Both the position numbers and the translations under genes were made by a program. This document shows, piece by piece, positions 24,721 through 32,000 of a stretch of 32,000 nucleotides of DNA. Origin of the DNA: Polaromonas sp. (GTDB lineage: Bacteria; Pseudomonadota; Gammaproteobacteria; Burkholderiales; Burkholderiaceae_C); the NCBI GenBank assembly GCA_030654695.1, contig JAURWY010000010.1, forward strand, positions 21,445-53,444, written 5' to 3'. Under the pieces are notes generated by a model that was not told where the DNA came from, ran no database searches, and saw only the letters and a program-made list of their open reading frames with translations. Every line of letters starts with the position of its first letter. Positions within the stretch are counted from its first letter, which is position 1.

Positions 24721-25710
24721 ATGATTCAAAAAGTACTCGTCCTTGGTGGCACTGGTTTTGTCGGCCGGCATGTCTGCGAAAAGCTGGTCCATGCGCAAGT
24801 GCGCGTCACTGTGCCGACGCGTCGGCGTCGCAATGCCAACCATATTCTCATGCTGCCCACGCTCGATGTCGTCGAGGCCAACATCCATGACGACGCCACG
24901 CTGCAGCGGCTCATCGGTGAGCATGATGCGGTGGTCAATCTGGTGGCTATTTTGCAAGGTAACGAAGCGTCCTTTGACAGAGCGCACGTGCAACTGGCCG
25001 ACAAAATCGCCCGCGCTTGCGAAGCCACAGGCGTGCGGCGCGTGGTGCATGTCAGTGCCTTGGGTGCCGATGCGCGCAACCCTGACGGTTTGCCGTCGAT
25101 GTACCTGCGCAGCAAAAGCCGGGGTGAACAAGTGCTGCATCACGCCGCTCTCGACCTGACCGTGCTGCGCCCCAGCGTCATTTTTGGTGCAGAAGATAAA
25201 TTCCTGAATGTCTTCGCGCAGCTGCAACAGTTTTTGCCGGTGATGCCGCTGGCCGGGGCCCATGCGATGTTTCAGCCGGTCTGGGTTGAAGACGTGGCCA
25301 GTGCCATCGTCCACTGCTTGGAAGACAAGAATTTGCACAGCACCACTGGCCAGACTTACGAGGCCTGTGGCCCCGATATTTTTTCTCTGCGCCAACTGGT
25401 GCAACTGGCCGCTCAATACGCGGGTGTGAATCGCGGTCGGGGTCGGCCGGTGATCAGTTTGCCAAATGCTCTGGCTAGGGTGCAAGCGCGGCTGATGGAG
25501 CTGATGCCCGGCGAGCCGGTATTGAGCCGTGACAACTTGGACTCCATGAAAGTGCCCAACATCGCCACCGGCAATGTGCCAGGTTTGAAGGACCTTGGCA
25601 TTGAACCCTCGGCACTCAGCGCTGTTGCTCCGACTTATTTGGGCGCGCGCGGTTTGCGCAGCGGCTTGATGGCCAAGCGCCAAACCGCAGGGCGGATGTT
25701 CGACGCATGA
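24721..25710 (+). CDS. NAD(P)-binding epimerase/dehydratase-fold protein (complex I NDUFA9-like family)
   Basis: Rossmann motif VLVLGGTGFVGRHV. SDR-extended-like length. ATGA overlap with cca. Confidence 0.8.
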   Translation: MIQKVLVLGGTGFVGRHVCEKLVHAQVRVTVPTRRRRNANHILMLPTLDVVEANIHDDATLQRLIGEHDAVVNLVAILQGNEASFDRAHVQLADKIARACEATGVRRVVHVSALGADARNPDGLPSMYLRSKSRGEQVLHHAALDLTVLRPSVIFGAEDKFLNVFAQLQQFLPVMPLAGAHAMFQPVWVEDVASAIVHCLEDKNLHSTTGQTYEACGPDIFSLRQLVQLAAQYAGVNRGRGRPVISLPNALARVQARLMELMPGEPVLSRDNLDSMKVPNIATGNVPGLKDLGIEPSALSAVAPTYLGARGLRSGLMAKRQTAGRMFDA

Positions 25711-26939
25711 AGATTTACCGGGTCGGCGGTGCGGTGCGCGACGCCTTGCTGGGTTTGCCGGTGCGCGACCACGACTGGGTCGTGGTCGGTGCCACGCCCG
25801 AGGCTTTGGCGGCTGAGGGCTACCTGCCGGTGGGCAAAGATTTTCCGGTGTTTTTGCACCCCAAAACACGCGAAGAATATGCCTTGGCCCGCACCGAACG
25901 CAAAACTGCACAGGGTTATCACGGCTTTGCCGTGCATGCCGCGCCCGACGTCACGCTGGAAGACGACTTGGCCCGGCGCGACCTGACCATCAACGCCATC
26001 GCCCAAGACGCCGACGGCGTGCTGACCGACCCCTACGGCGGCCAGCGCGACATCAAAGCGCGCGTGCTGCGCCATGTGACCAGCGCCTTTGCCGAAGACC
26101 CCGTGCGCATCTTGCGCGTGGCGCGCTTTGCGGCTCGCTTCACTGGTTTTAGCGTCGCGCCTGACACCTTGCAACTCATGCGTGAGATGGTGGCCGGCGG
26201 TGAAGTTGATGCGCTGGTGCCCGAGCGCGTCTGGCAAGAACTCGCGCGCGGACTGATGGAGCGTCAGCCGTCCCGCATGTTCGAGGTGCTGCGGAGCTGC
26301 GGCGCACTGGCCAAATTACTGCCTGAAGTAGACCGCCTCTGGGGCGTGCCACAACGCGCCGAATACCACCCAGAAGTCGACACCGGCGTGCATTTGATGA
26401 TGGTGCTCGACATGGCCGCGCAGCTGGACGCACCGCTGCCGGTGCGCTTCGCCTGCCTCGGTCACGACCTTGGCAAGGGCACGACGCCGCTGGCCGACTT
26501 GCCGCGGCATATCGGCCATGAAGAACGCAGCGCACGCCTGCTCAAAGGCCTGTGCCAGCGACTGCGCGTGCCGACCGACTGCCGCGAGATTGCTGATGTA
26601 GTGGCGCGTGAACACGGCAACATTCACCGCAGCGCCGAGTTCAACGCAGCGGCGCTGGTGCGGCTGTTGGAGCGCTGTGACGCTTTTCGCAAGCCGACGC
26701 GTTTTGCAGATATTTTGTTGGCTTGCGAATGCGATGCCCGTGGCCGCTTGGGTCTGTCAGAGCAGCCTTATCCGCAGCGCCAGCGGCTGCTCTCAGCACT
26801 CACAGCCGCGCAGTCCGTGCCGACCTACGAGGTGGCCGCCGCGGGGGAGGCGCAAGGCGAGAGCGGCGCCAAAATTGGCGAGCGGGTGCATGCGGCGCGC
26901 GTGGCTGCTGTCGCCAGCCTAACGGCTATGCAGGCTTAA
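25707..26939 (+). CDS. cca: Multifunctional CCA-adding enzyme (tRNA nucleotidyltransferase with HD phosphohydrolase domain)
   Basis: MKIYRVGGAVRDALLGLPVRDHDWVVVG...FPVFLHP...EYALARTERK. HD-domain GHDLGK. Confidence 0.93.
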   Translation: MKIYRVGGAVRDALLGLPVRDHDWVVVGATPEALAAEGYLPVGKDFPVFLHPKTREEYALARTERKTAQGYHGFAVHAAPDVTLEDDLARRDLTINAIAQDADGVLTDPYGGQRDIKARVLRHVTSAFAEDPVRILRVARFAARFTGFSVAPDTLQLMREMVAGGEVDALVPERVWQELARGLMERQPSRMFEVLRSCGALAKLLPEVDRLWGVPQRAEYHPEVDTGVHLMMVLDMAAQLDAPLPVRFACLGHDLGKGTTPLADLPRHIGHEERSARLLKGLCQRLRVPTDCREIADVVAREHGNIHRSAEFNAAALVRLLERCDAFRKPTRFADILLACECDARGRLGLSEQPYPQRQRLLSALTAAQSVPTYEVAAAGEAQGESGAKIGERVHAARVAAVASLTAMQA

Positions 26940-27931
26940 ACCACCAAAGCCAGCGCCGCGTAATCCCCGACCTTGTTTTGCAAGCCAGCCGGCAGCAGCT
27001 TGAAGCCCGTGGTCAGCGCCGGAATGCGGCCCTGAATATGCGCGTCCAAGCGCGGCAACAAAAAATCGCGGTGATGCCAAAACACACCGCCGCCCAGACT
27101 GATCGCCTGCAAATCCAGCGTCACCACCAAGTTGTACAGCGTCCGGCCCATGATGCGGCAGAGCTCGTCGACCAAGGCCAGCGCGTCCGCATGGCCGGTT
27201 TTGGCCGCGTTAAAAAGCGAAGCGGCATCCGTGAAACCTTGCTCGGCAAAGCGCCGGGGAATCGCGTTGCCGGCAATCAAGCCCTCGACGTCACCAACGT
27301 TACCGCAGCCGCACAAGGCGTCGTCGTTGTCGCTGACAAACATGTGGCCGGCGTGGCCGGCGTTGGCATTTTTGCCTTTCAAGATCTGGCCATCGACGCA
27401 CAAACCGACACCGATGCCAGTGCTCCAGGTGACGTAGGCGCAGTGGTCAAACCCTTGTAGCGCGCCCCAGCGACGTTCGGCTTGCAGGGCGCCAATGCCG
27501 TCATTGCAAACCCGCACGTCCGGGAACATGCGCCGCACCGGCGCTTCCAGCACGGCGCTGGTCCAGTGGTTCGGCAACCCCCGCCCGGCGCCCGCCAAAC
27601 CGCCGCAAATATTCGGGGCGGCCAATTCAACCAGCCCGTGGTTCAACACAAAAGGCCCGCAGGACGCGATGCCGACAGCCGCGATCCGCGTTGGCGAAAT
27701 ACCCACCGCAGCACAACTCAAACCGATCATGCGCACGACCTGCTGGCCGAGCGCATCAGACGCGCCTTCTTTGACGGTCGGCTCGCTCAACCAGCCCTGC
27801 ACGCCGCGCTCGTCCACCACGCTCACCGTCACCTTGGTGCCACCGACATCGACGCAGGCCACGGGCGCTGCGCCAACGGCTAGGCGGACGTCGGGCAGCG
27901 TGACGGGAGGAGTGTGCGGTGTGGTGTTCAT
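26936..27931 (-). CDS. ROK-family sugar kinase/regulator-like protein
   Basis: Start MNTTPHTPP (ATG 27931). ATP-binding CVDVGGTKV. ROK Cys motif CGCGNVGDVE. Confidence 0.82.
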   Translation of the reverse strand: MNTTPHTPPVTLPDVRLAVGAAPVACVDVGGTKVTVSVVDERGVQGWLSEPTVKEGASDALGQQVVRMIGLSCAAVGISPTRIAAVGIASCGPFVLNHGLVELAAPNICGGLAGAGRGLPNHWTSAVLEAPVRRMFPDVRVCNDGIGALQAERRWGALQGFDHCAYVTWSTGIGVGLCVDGQILKGKNANAGHAGHMFVSDNDDALCGCGNVGDVEGLIAGNAIPRRFAEQGFTDAASLFNAAKTGHADALALVDELCRIMGRTLYNLVVTLDLQAISLGGGVFWHHRDFLLPRLDAHIQGRIPALTTGFKLLPAGLQNKVGDYAALALVV

Positions 27932-27956
27932 GGGTTGAGGCTCAAGGTTTGTGTCT

Positions 27957-29111
27957 TCAAAGTGTGTGGGAACGGTCGCCATGCGCGAAGCCCAACGCTT
28001 GCCAGTCGGTGTACGGCTGCTGCGTGGTGTTGGCAGCAAAGCCGATGACCTTGAACAGTTCGCCCATTTCATGCTCGTTGATGAGTTTTTGCAGCATCAC
28101 GCGTTGCTCCAGCGACGCGTCTTCCATGCCGTCCAACAGGCCGCAGTTGAGCAAAAACCGGCCTTGGCTGGTGTAGCCCAGCACGTGCAAACCTGCGTCT
28201 TGCCCGGCCAGCGCGATGCCCGTGAAGTTAACGTGCGCGGTGATGTCTTTCAGGCCCACCTGCAGCAGCGGGTTGCTGTCAGCCAAGTGGCCTTGGTGAC
28301 ACATCAGCGTGCCCATGTGGCGCTGCGGGTGGAAATACTCGTGCTCCGGAAATCCATAGTCGAGCAGAAAAACAGCCCCTGCCGCCAGCCGGTCAGCCAG
28401 CGTGCGCACAAAGCCTTCGGCCTGCGCATGGTTTTCGGTCAGGTAGTCCTGCGGGCCTTCGATCTCCAGCGGCGGCCGCAGCTCGGTCAGCCTGTCGGCA
28501 AACACAAACTCACCGGCGTGCAGCGCTACGCCGCGCTCATGCCAAACGCCTTTCATGCGCGCCAGCAGCTTGACCGGCATGGCGTCCAGCACTTCATTGC
28601 CGACCACCACGCCTGTCATTTGCGCAGGCAGTTCTTGCACCCAGCGCACGCGATCGCCATAGGCGGCCAGCCGCGTTTGCTGCCGCTCGCGCAAGCTGCC
28701 GGAGAGGTCGACGATGGTGTAACGCGTGAGGACCGTTCCAGCCGCGTCCAGCGACGCGATCAGCTGCTCAGCTAGCGCGCCCGAACCGGCACCAAACTCC
28801 CAAACCTCGGTGGTGCCGGTGGCTTGCAAGGCTTCGCCTACTTGGCGCGCCAAGGCCCGGCCAAAATGCGGTGACAACTCAGGCGCTGTGACAAAGTCAC
28901 TGCCCGACTGCGGCATGTGGCCAAACTTGCGCGAGCCGCTGGCGTAATAGCCGTGGCCGGGCGCGTACAAGGCCAGCGCCATGAAGTCGTCAAAGCCCAG
29001 CCAGCCGCCCGCGTCTTCAATCGCGCGCTGCAAGATCGGCTGGAGTGGGGATGCTGCGGCGCTGTCAGGCGGCAAAGCAGCATCGGTCGGTAAAATGCGT
29101 GGTTGTGTCAT
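27957..29111 (-). CDS. Class I SAM-dependent methyltransferase (DUF185 / NDUFAF7-MidA family)
   Basis: FMALALYAPGHGYYASG...GDFVTAPELSPHFG...EFGAGSGALA motifs. Confidence 0.8.
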   Translation of the reverse strand: MTQPRILPTDAALPPDSAAASPLQPILQRAIEDAGGWLGFDDFMALALYAPGHGYYASGSRKFGHMPQSGSDFVTAPELSPHFGRALARQVGEALQATGTTEVWEFGAGSGALAEQLIASLDAAGTVLTRYTIVDLSGSLRERQQTRLAAYGDRVRWVQELPAQMTGVVVGNEVLDAMPVKLLARMKGVWHERGVALHAGEFVFADRLTELRPPLEIEGPQDYLTENHAQAEGFVRTLADRLAAGAVFLLDYGFPEHEYFHPQRHMGTLMCHQGHLADSNPLLQVGLKDITAHVNFTGIALAGQDAGLHVLGYTSQGRFLLNCGLLDGMEDASLEQRVMLQKLINEHEMGELFKVIGFAANTTQQPYTDWQALGFAHGDRSHTL

Positions 29112-29192
29112 GGTCGCTAGGCTCTTCAGAGCCTTTCATTGTCACCATCTTTTTTGCCATCCTGCACGCCGTCTTACATCGCTATTCCACTC

Positions 29193-30017
29193 ATGTCCGC
29201 AGCTGCTTCTTCTCGTGTTGTCTTGGTGACCGGCGCCGCCCGCCGGCTGGGCCGCGAAATCTCGTTGGCCTTGGCCGGTGCTGGCTGGCGCGTTGCCGTG
29301 CACTACCGCGGTTCAGCCGAAGACGCTGAGCAAACCGCCGCCGACTGTTCCGCTTTGCTGGCGGCCGATACATCCACCGTCAAAAGCGCAGTCTTCGCCT
29401 GCGACCTGAACGACGAAGACGCTGTGCGCCGCCTGCTACCGCAAGTCGCAGCACAATTTGGCCGGGTCGACGCGGTGGTTAACAACGCCTCCACCTTTGA
29501 ATTCGATGACGCCGCCAGCTTCAGTTACGCGGCGATGGAAACGCATTTACGCAGCAACACTGGCGCGGCCATTTTGCTGGCGCAAGCGCTGCACACGCAT
29601 CTGCTGGCGCGCCAAGCCATTCAAGACCAGCCCGGCTGCGTGGTAAACCTGCTAGATCAAAAGCTGTGGAACCCGAACCCTGATTTCTTCAGTTACACGC
29701 TGTCCAAAGCAGCGCTAGAAGCCGCCAACACCTTGCTCGCGCAAGCGCTGGCCCCCGTGCTGCGGGTCGTCGGTGTGGCGCCAGGCTTGACGCTGACCAG
29801 CCATATGCTCAGCGCCGAAGAGTTTGCGGCACTGCACCGCTTGTCACCGCTGGGCCGTTCTTCTACGCCAGCCGATGTGGCGTCGACGGTTCGCTTCGCA
29901 CTAGAGAACCAATCCATCACCGGCACCACCTTGCTGGTCGACGGTGGTCAACACCTGATGAAATTTGGCCGCGACTTTTCGCTGATGGGCGCGGCGCCAT
30001 TGAAAACCTTAGACTGA
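29193..30017 (+). CDS. SDR-family oxidoreductase (possibly pteridine/dihydrofolate reductase-like, given folB linkage)
   Basis: Start MSAAASSRVVLVTGAARRLGREI. TGxxxxxG motif, NNAS, YxxxK (YTLSKAALE). Confidence 0.85.
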   Translation: MSAAASSRVVLVTGAARRLGREISLALAGAGWRVAVHYRGSAEDAEQTAADCSALLAADTSTVKSAVFACDLNDEDAVRRLLPQVAAQFGRVDAVVNNASTFEFDDAASFSYAAMETHLRSNTGAAILLAQALHTHLLARQAIQDQPGCVVNLLDQKLWNPNPDFFSYTLSKAALEAANTLLAQALAPVLRVVGVAPGLTLTSHMLSAEEFAALHRLSPLGRSSTPADVASTVRFALENQSITGTTLLVDGGQHLMKFGRDFSLMGAAPLKTLD

Positions 30018-30022
30018 ACTGC

Positions 30023-30397
30023 ATGCTCAACACCCGAGGCACCCAAATTCTGACGCTCACCGGCTTGCGCTTTAACGCCAGCTTGGGCATTTTGGAATCA
30101 GAAAAAAACGCACCGCAGCCGATCCAAGTGGACGCCGAACTCAACCTCGGCACGCAGCCGCTGCTGCCCAGTGACGATGACATCAAACATGTGCTGGATT
30201 ACCGCAAGGTTCGGCAGATCATCATCAACGAGTGCACCATGGAACATACGAACTTGCTGGAGAGTTTGATCGGCAAACTGGCGCATCGGCTGATGCTGCT
30301 GCCCGGCGTGCTGGGCGTTCGCGTCAAGATCGCCAAGCTTGAAATTTTTGAAGATTGCGAAGTCGCCATTCGCGTAGAAACAGGACAGTGGTCATGA
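30023..30397 (+). CDS. folB: Dihydroneopterin aldolase family protein
   Basis: 124 aa. [27 protein letters not shown] and DYRKV motifs typical of FolB. Confidence 0.82.
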   Translation: MLNTRGTQILTLTGLRFNASLGILESEKNAPQPIQVDAELNLGTQPLLPSDDDIKHVLDYRKVRQIIINECTMEHTNLLESLIGKLAHRLMLLPGVLGVRVKIAKLEIFEDCEVAIRVETGQWS

Positions 30398-31290
30398 TGA
30401 AAGAACAGATGATTGAACGCGAAGATTTGAAGTTAGAGAAGCGTTTGTGCCGTGAAGTTGGTCGCGCCATCATGGACTTCAACATGATCGAAGAAGGCGA
30501 CAAGGTCATGGTCTGCGTCTCAGGCGGAAAAGACAGCTACGCCATGCTCGACATCTTGCTCAAACTGCAGCAGCGTGCGCCCATCAACTTCAGCTTGATT
30601 GCGGTCAACCTCGACCAAAAGCAACCCGGTTTTCCAGACCACATCTTGCCGGAGTACCTGAGCAAACTGGGCGTTCCGTTTCACATTGAAACGCAAGACA
30701 CCTACAGCATCGTCAAGCGGGTGATTCCTGAAGGCAAGACCATGTGTTCGCTGTGCTCGCGCTTGCGGCGCGGCATTTTGTACCGCGTGGCGGAAGAGCT
30801 GGGCGCGACCAAAATTGCGCTGGGCCACCACCGTGACGACATGCTGCAAACGCTGTTCCTCAACATGTTTTTCGCCTCCAAGCTCAAAGGCATGCCGCCC
30901 AAGCTGGCCAGCGACGATGGCAAAAACATCATCATCCGGCCGCTCGCGTATGTCGGCGAAAAAGACCTGATCCGCTGGGCCGAAGTGCGCGAATTCCCGA
31001 TCATTCCGTGCACCTTGTGCGGCAGTCAAGACGGTCTGCAGCGGGTGCAGGTCGGCAACATGCTGCGCGAGTGGGACAAAAAATTCCCCGGCCGCTTAGA
31101 GAACATGTTTACTTCCTTACAAAATGTCATCCCATCGCACCTGATGGATGGCAAGCTGCATGACTTCAAGGGCATCAAAACCACCGGCGTCGCCAACCCC
31201 GACGGCGACAAAGCCTTTGACCCCGAAGACCTGCCCAAGCCGCCGGCCACGCTGCAATTCATAGACAGAAAAGCCGTCCTCGAAAGTTGA
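30394..31290 (+). CDS. ttcA: tRNA 2-thiocytidine(32) synthetase
   Basis: PP-loop [25 protein letters not shown] and CTLCGSQ Fe-S Cys motifs. ATGA overlap with folB. Confidence 0.93.
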   Translation: MMKEQMIEREDLKLEKRLCREVGRAIMDFNMIEEGDKVMVCVSGGKDSYAMLDILLKLQQRAPINFSLIAVNLDQKQPGFPDHILPEYLSKLGVPFHIETQDTYSIVKRVIPEGKTMCSLCSRLRRGILYRVAEELGATKIALGHHRDDMLQTLFLNMFFASKLKGMPPKLASDDGKNIIIRPLAYVGEKDLIRWAEVREFPIIPCTLCGSQDGLQRVQVGNMLREWDKKFPGRLENMFTSLQNVIPSHLMDGKLHDFKGIKTTGVANPDGDKAFDPEDLPKPPATLQFIDRKAVLES

Positions 31291-31294
31291 CGTG

Positions 31295-31951
31295 ATGAAA
31301 AGAGCCTGCCAATCCATCTTTGTCGCCGTTGCTTTCGCTGCCTTGCTCAGCGCTTGCTCCGGCTTGCGATTGGTCGACACCGACGTGGTGTCGTTTGCGC
31401 AGTGGCCCGGCGCCGCAGTCCCGGCGCCCGGCAGCAGCTATCGTTTTGAACGCCTGCCGTCGCAGCAGTCGGCATTGCAGCCGAGCGGCATCAGCGGCAT
31501 GGAGTTGTCGCAAGACCAGCTCGAAACCATCGCCCGCACGGCGCTCGACAAAGTCGGTTTACGCAACAACCCAAGCGCCTCAAACTTCAACGTGCAGGTC
31601 AGCGCCAGCACCCGCTACGCACCGCGCTATCCCTACAACGGGTCGGCTTTTGGGGTTGGATTCGGCGGCTTCGGCGGCACGGGTGTTTCACTCGGCGCAG
31701 GCAATGCTGGCAGCTTCATCGGCTTTTCTTTTCCCTTGGGCATGGCCGAGTCGCCGCTCTACATGCGCGAAGTCAGCATCCTGATCCGCGACGCTGTCAG
31801 CAACGCTGTGGTGTATGAAAGCAAGGCGACGCACAGCGGCGTTTGGAGTGACGCGCAAGCTGTTCTGCCCGCCATGTTCGAGGCCGCGCTGCAAGGCTTT
31901 CCAACGCCGCCCGCCGGCGCGCGCCGCATCAACATCGAGATCCCACGTTGA
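31295..31951 (+). CDS. Putative lipoprotein (DUF4136-like)
   Basis: Lipobox LLSAC after a basic N-terminus. Gly-rich central segment. Confidence 0.65.
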   Translation: MKRACQSIFVAVAFAALLSACSGLRLVDTDVVSFAQWPGAAVPAPGSSYRFERLPSQQSALQPSGISGMELSQDQLETIARTALDKVGLRNNPSASNFNVQVSASTRYAPRYPYNGSAFGVGFGGFGGTGVSLGAGNAGSFIGFSFPLGMAESPLYMREVSILIRDAVSNAVVYESKATHSGVWSDAQAVLPAMFEAALQGFPTPPAGARRINIEIPR

Positions 31952-32000
31952 TCACACAAGAACCCACCCGCATTCTGGCGATTCGCCATGGCGAGACCGC
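31948..32000 (+). CDS. 5' fragment of a histidine phosphatase (phosphoglycerate mutase-like) family gene, runs off the window
   Basis: Reading from the TTG at 31948 gives LITQEPTRILAIRHGET, i.e. the RHGE catalytic motif. The start overlaps the preceding stop. Confidence 0.45.
   Translation, partial: MITQEPTRILAIRHGET

Noticed and set aside
1-32000. CRISPR arrays, tRNA/rRNA genes, retron or DGR-type reverse transcriptase loci, toxin-antitoxin pairs
   Set aside because: I scanned for regularly spaced direct repeats, cloverleaf-like GC stems near the island ends, RT motifs (YxDD) and small overlapping gene pairs. None were found. The only regular repeats are the coding 141-bp tandem, the island palindrome and the REP-like unit.

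Overview
High-GC proteobacterial chromosome, probably a Comamonadaceae-like betaproteobacterium (inferred from the Bug/TctC binding protein, DUF4148 protein and gene order). It is interrupted by a clearly AT-richer ~8.4 kb accessory island at about 2998..11390. The core genes are ordinary housekeeping: LysR regulator, Bug-family binding protein, glmS, Lrp/AsnC regulator, a LivFG / fused LivHM / LivK-type ABC transporter, fpr, slt, 5-formyl-THF cyclo-ligase, glmU, NDUFA9-like epimerase, cca, ROK kinase, NDUFAF7-like methyltransferase, SDR-folB-ttcA and two lipoproteins. The island sits inside the last codons of glmS, the locus classically used by Tn7, but it has no Tns genes. Instead it carries a large serine recombinase (LSR) next to its left end. 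Both junctions can be read from the sequence. Two 30-nt island-side arms are near-perfect inverted copies of each other, placed symmetrically around a GT dinucleotide (2998-2999 and 11389-11390). The island-borne arm re-encodes the glmS C-terminus (..KSVTVE*), and a displaced native ..VTVE* remnant remains at the far junction. This is an SCC/orfX-like integration logic in a Gram-negative. Island cargo: a 327-aa unknown protein tightly linked upstream of the LSR; a 268-aa unknown plus a truncated clamp-loader (RFC/gp44)-like AAA+ ATPase; a 200-aa catalytic-domain-only tyrosine recombinase; a small HUH Rep-like protein; several small unknowns; and an extremely AT-rich nested segment encoding a coiled-coil two-TM protein. 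A 17-21 nt palindrome (ATGTCCTTT-N-AAAGGACAT) recurs four times in the island: three copies at gene boundaries and one inside the 5' end of the ATPase gene. No rRNA, tRNA or CRISPR was seen. All functions are from reading the translations by eye; no database search was possible.
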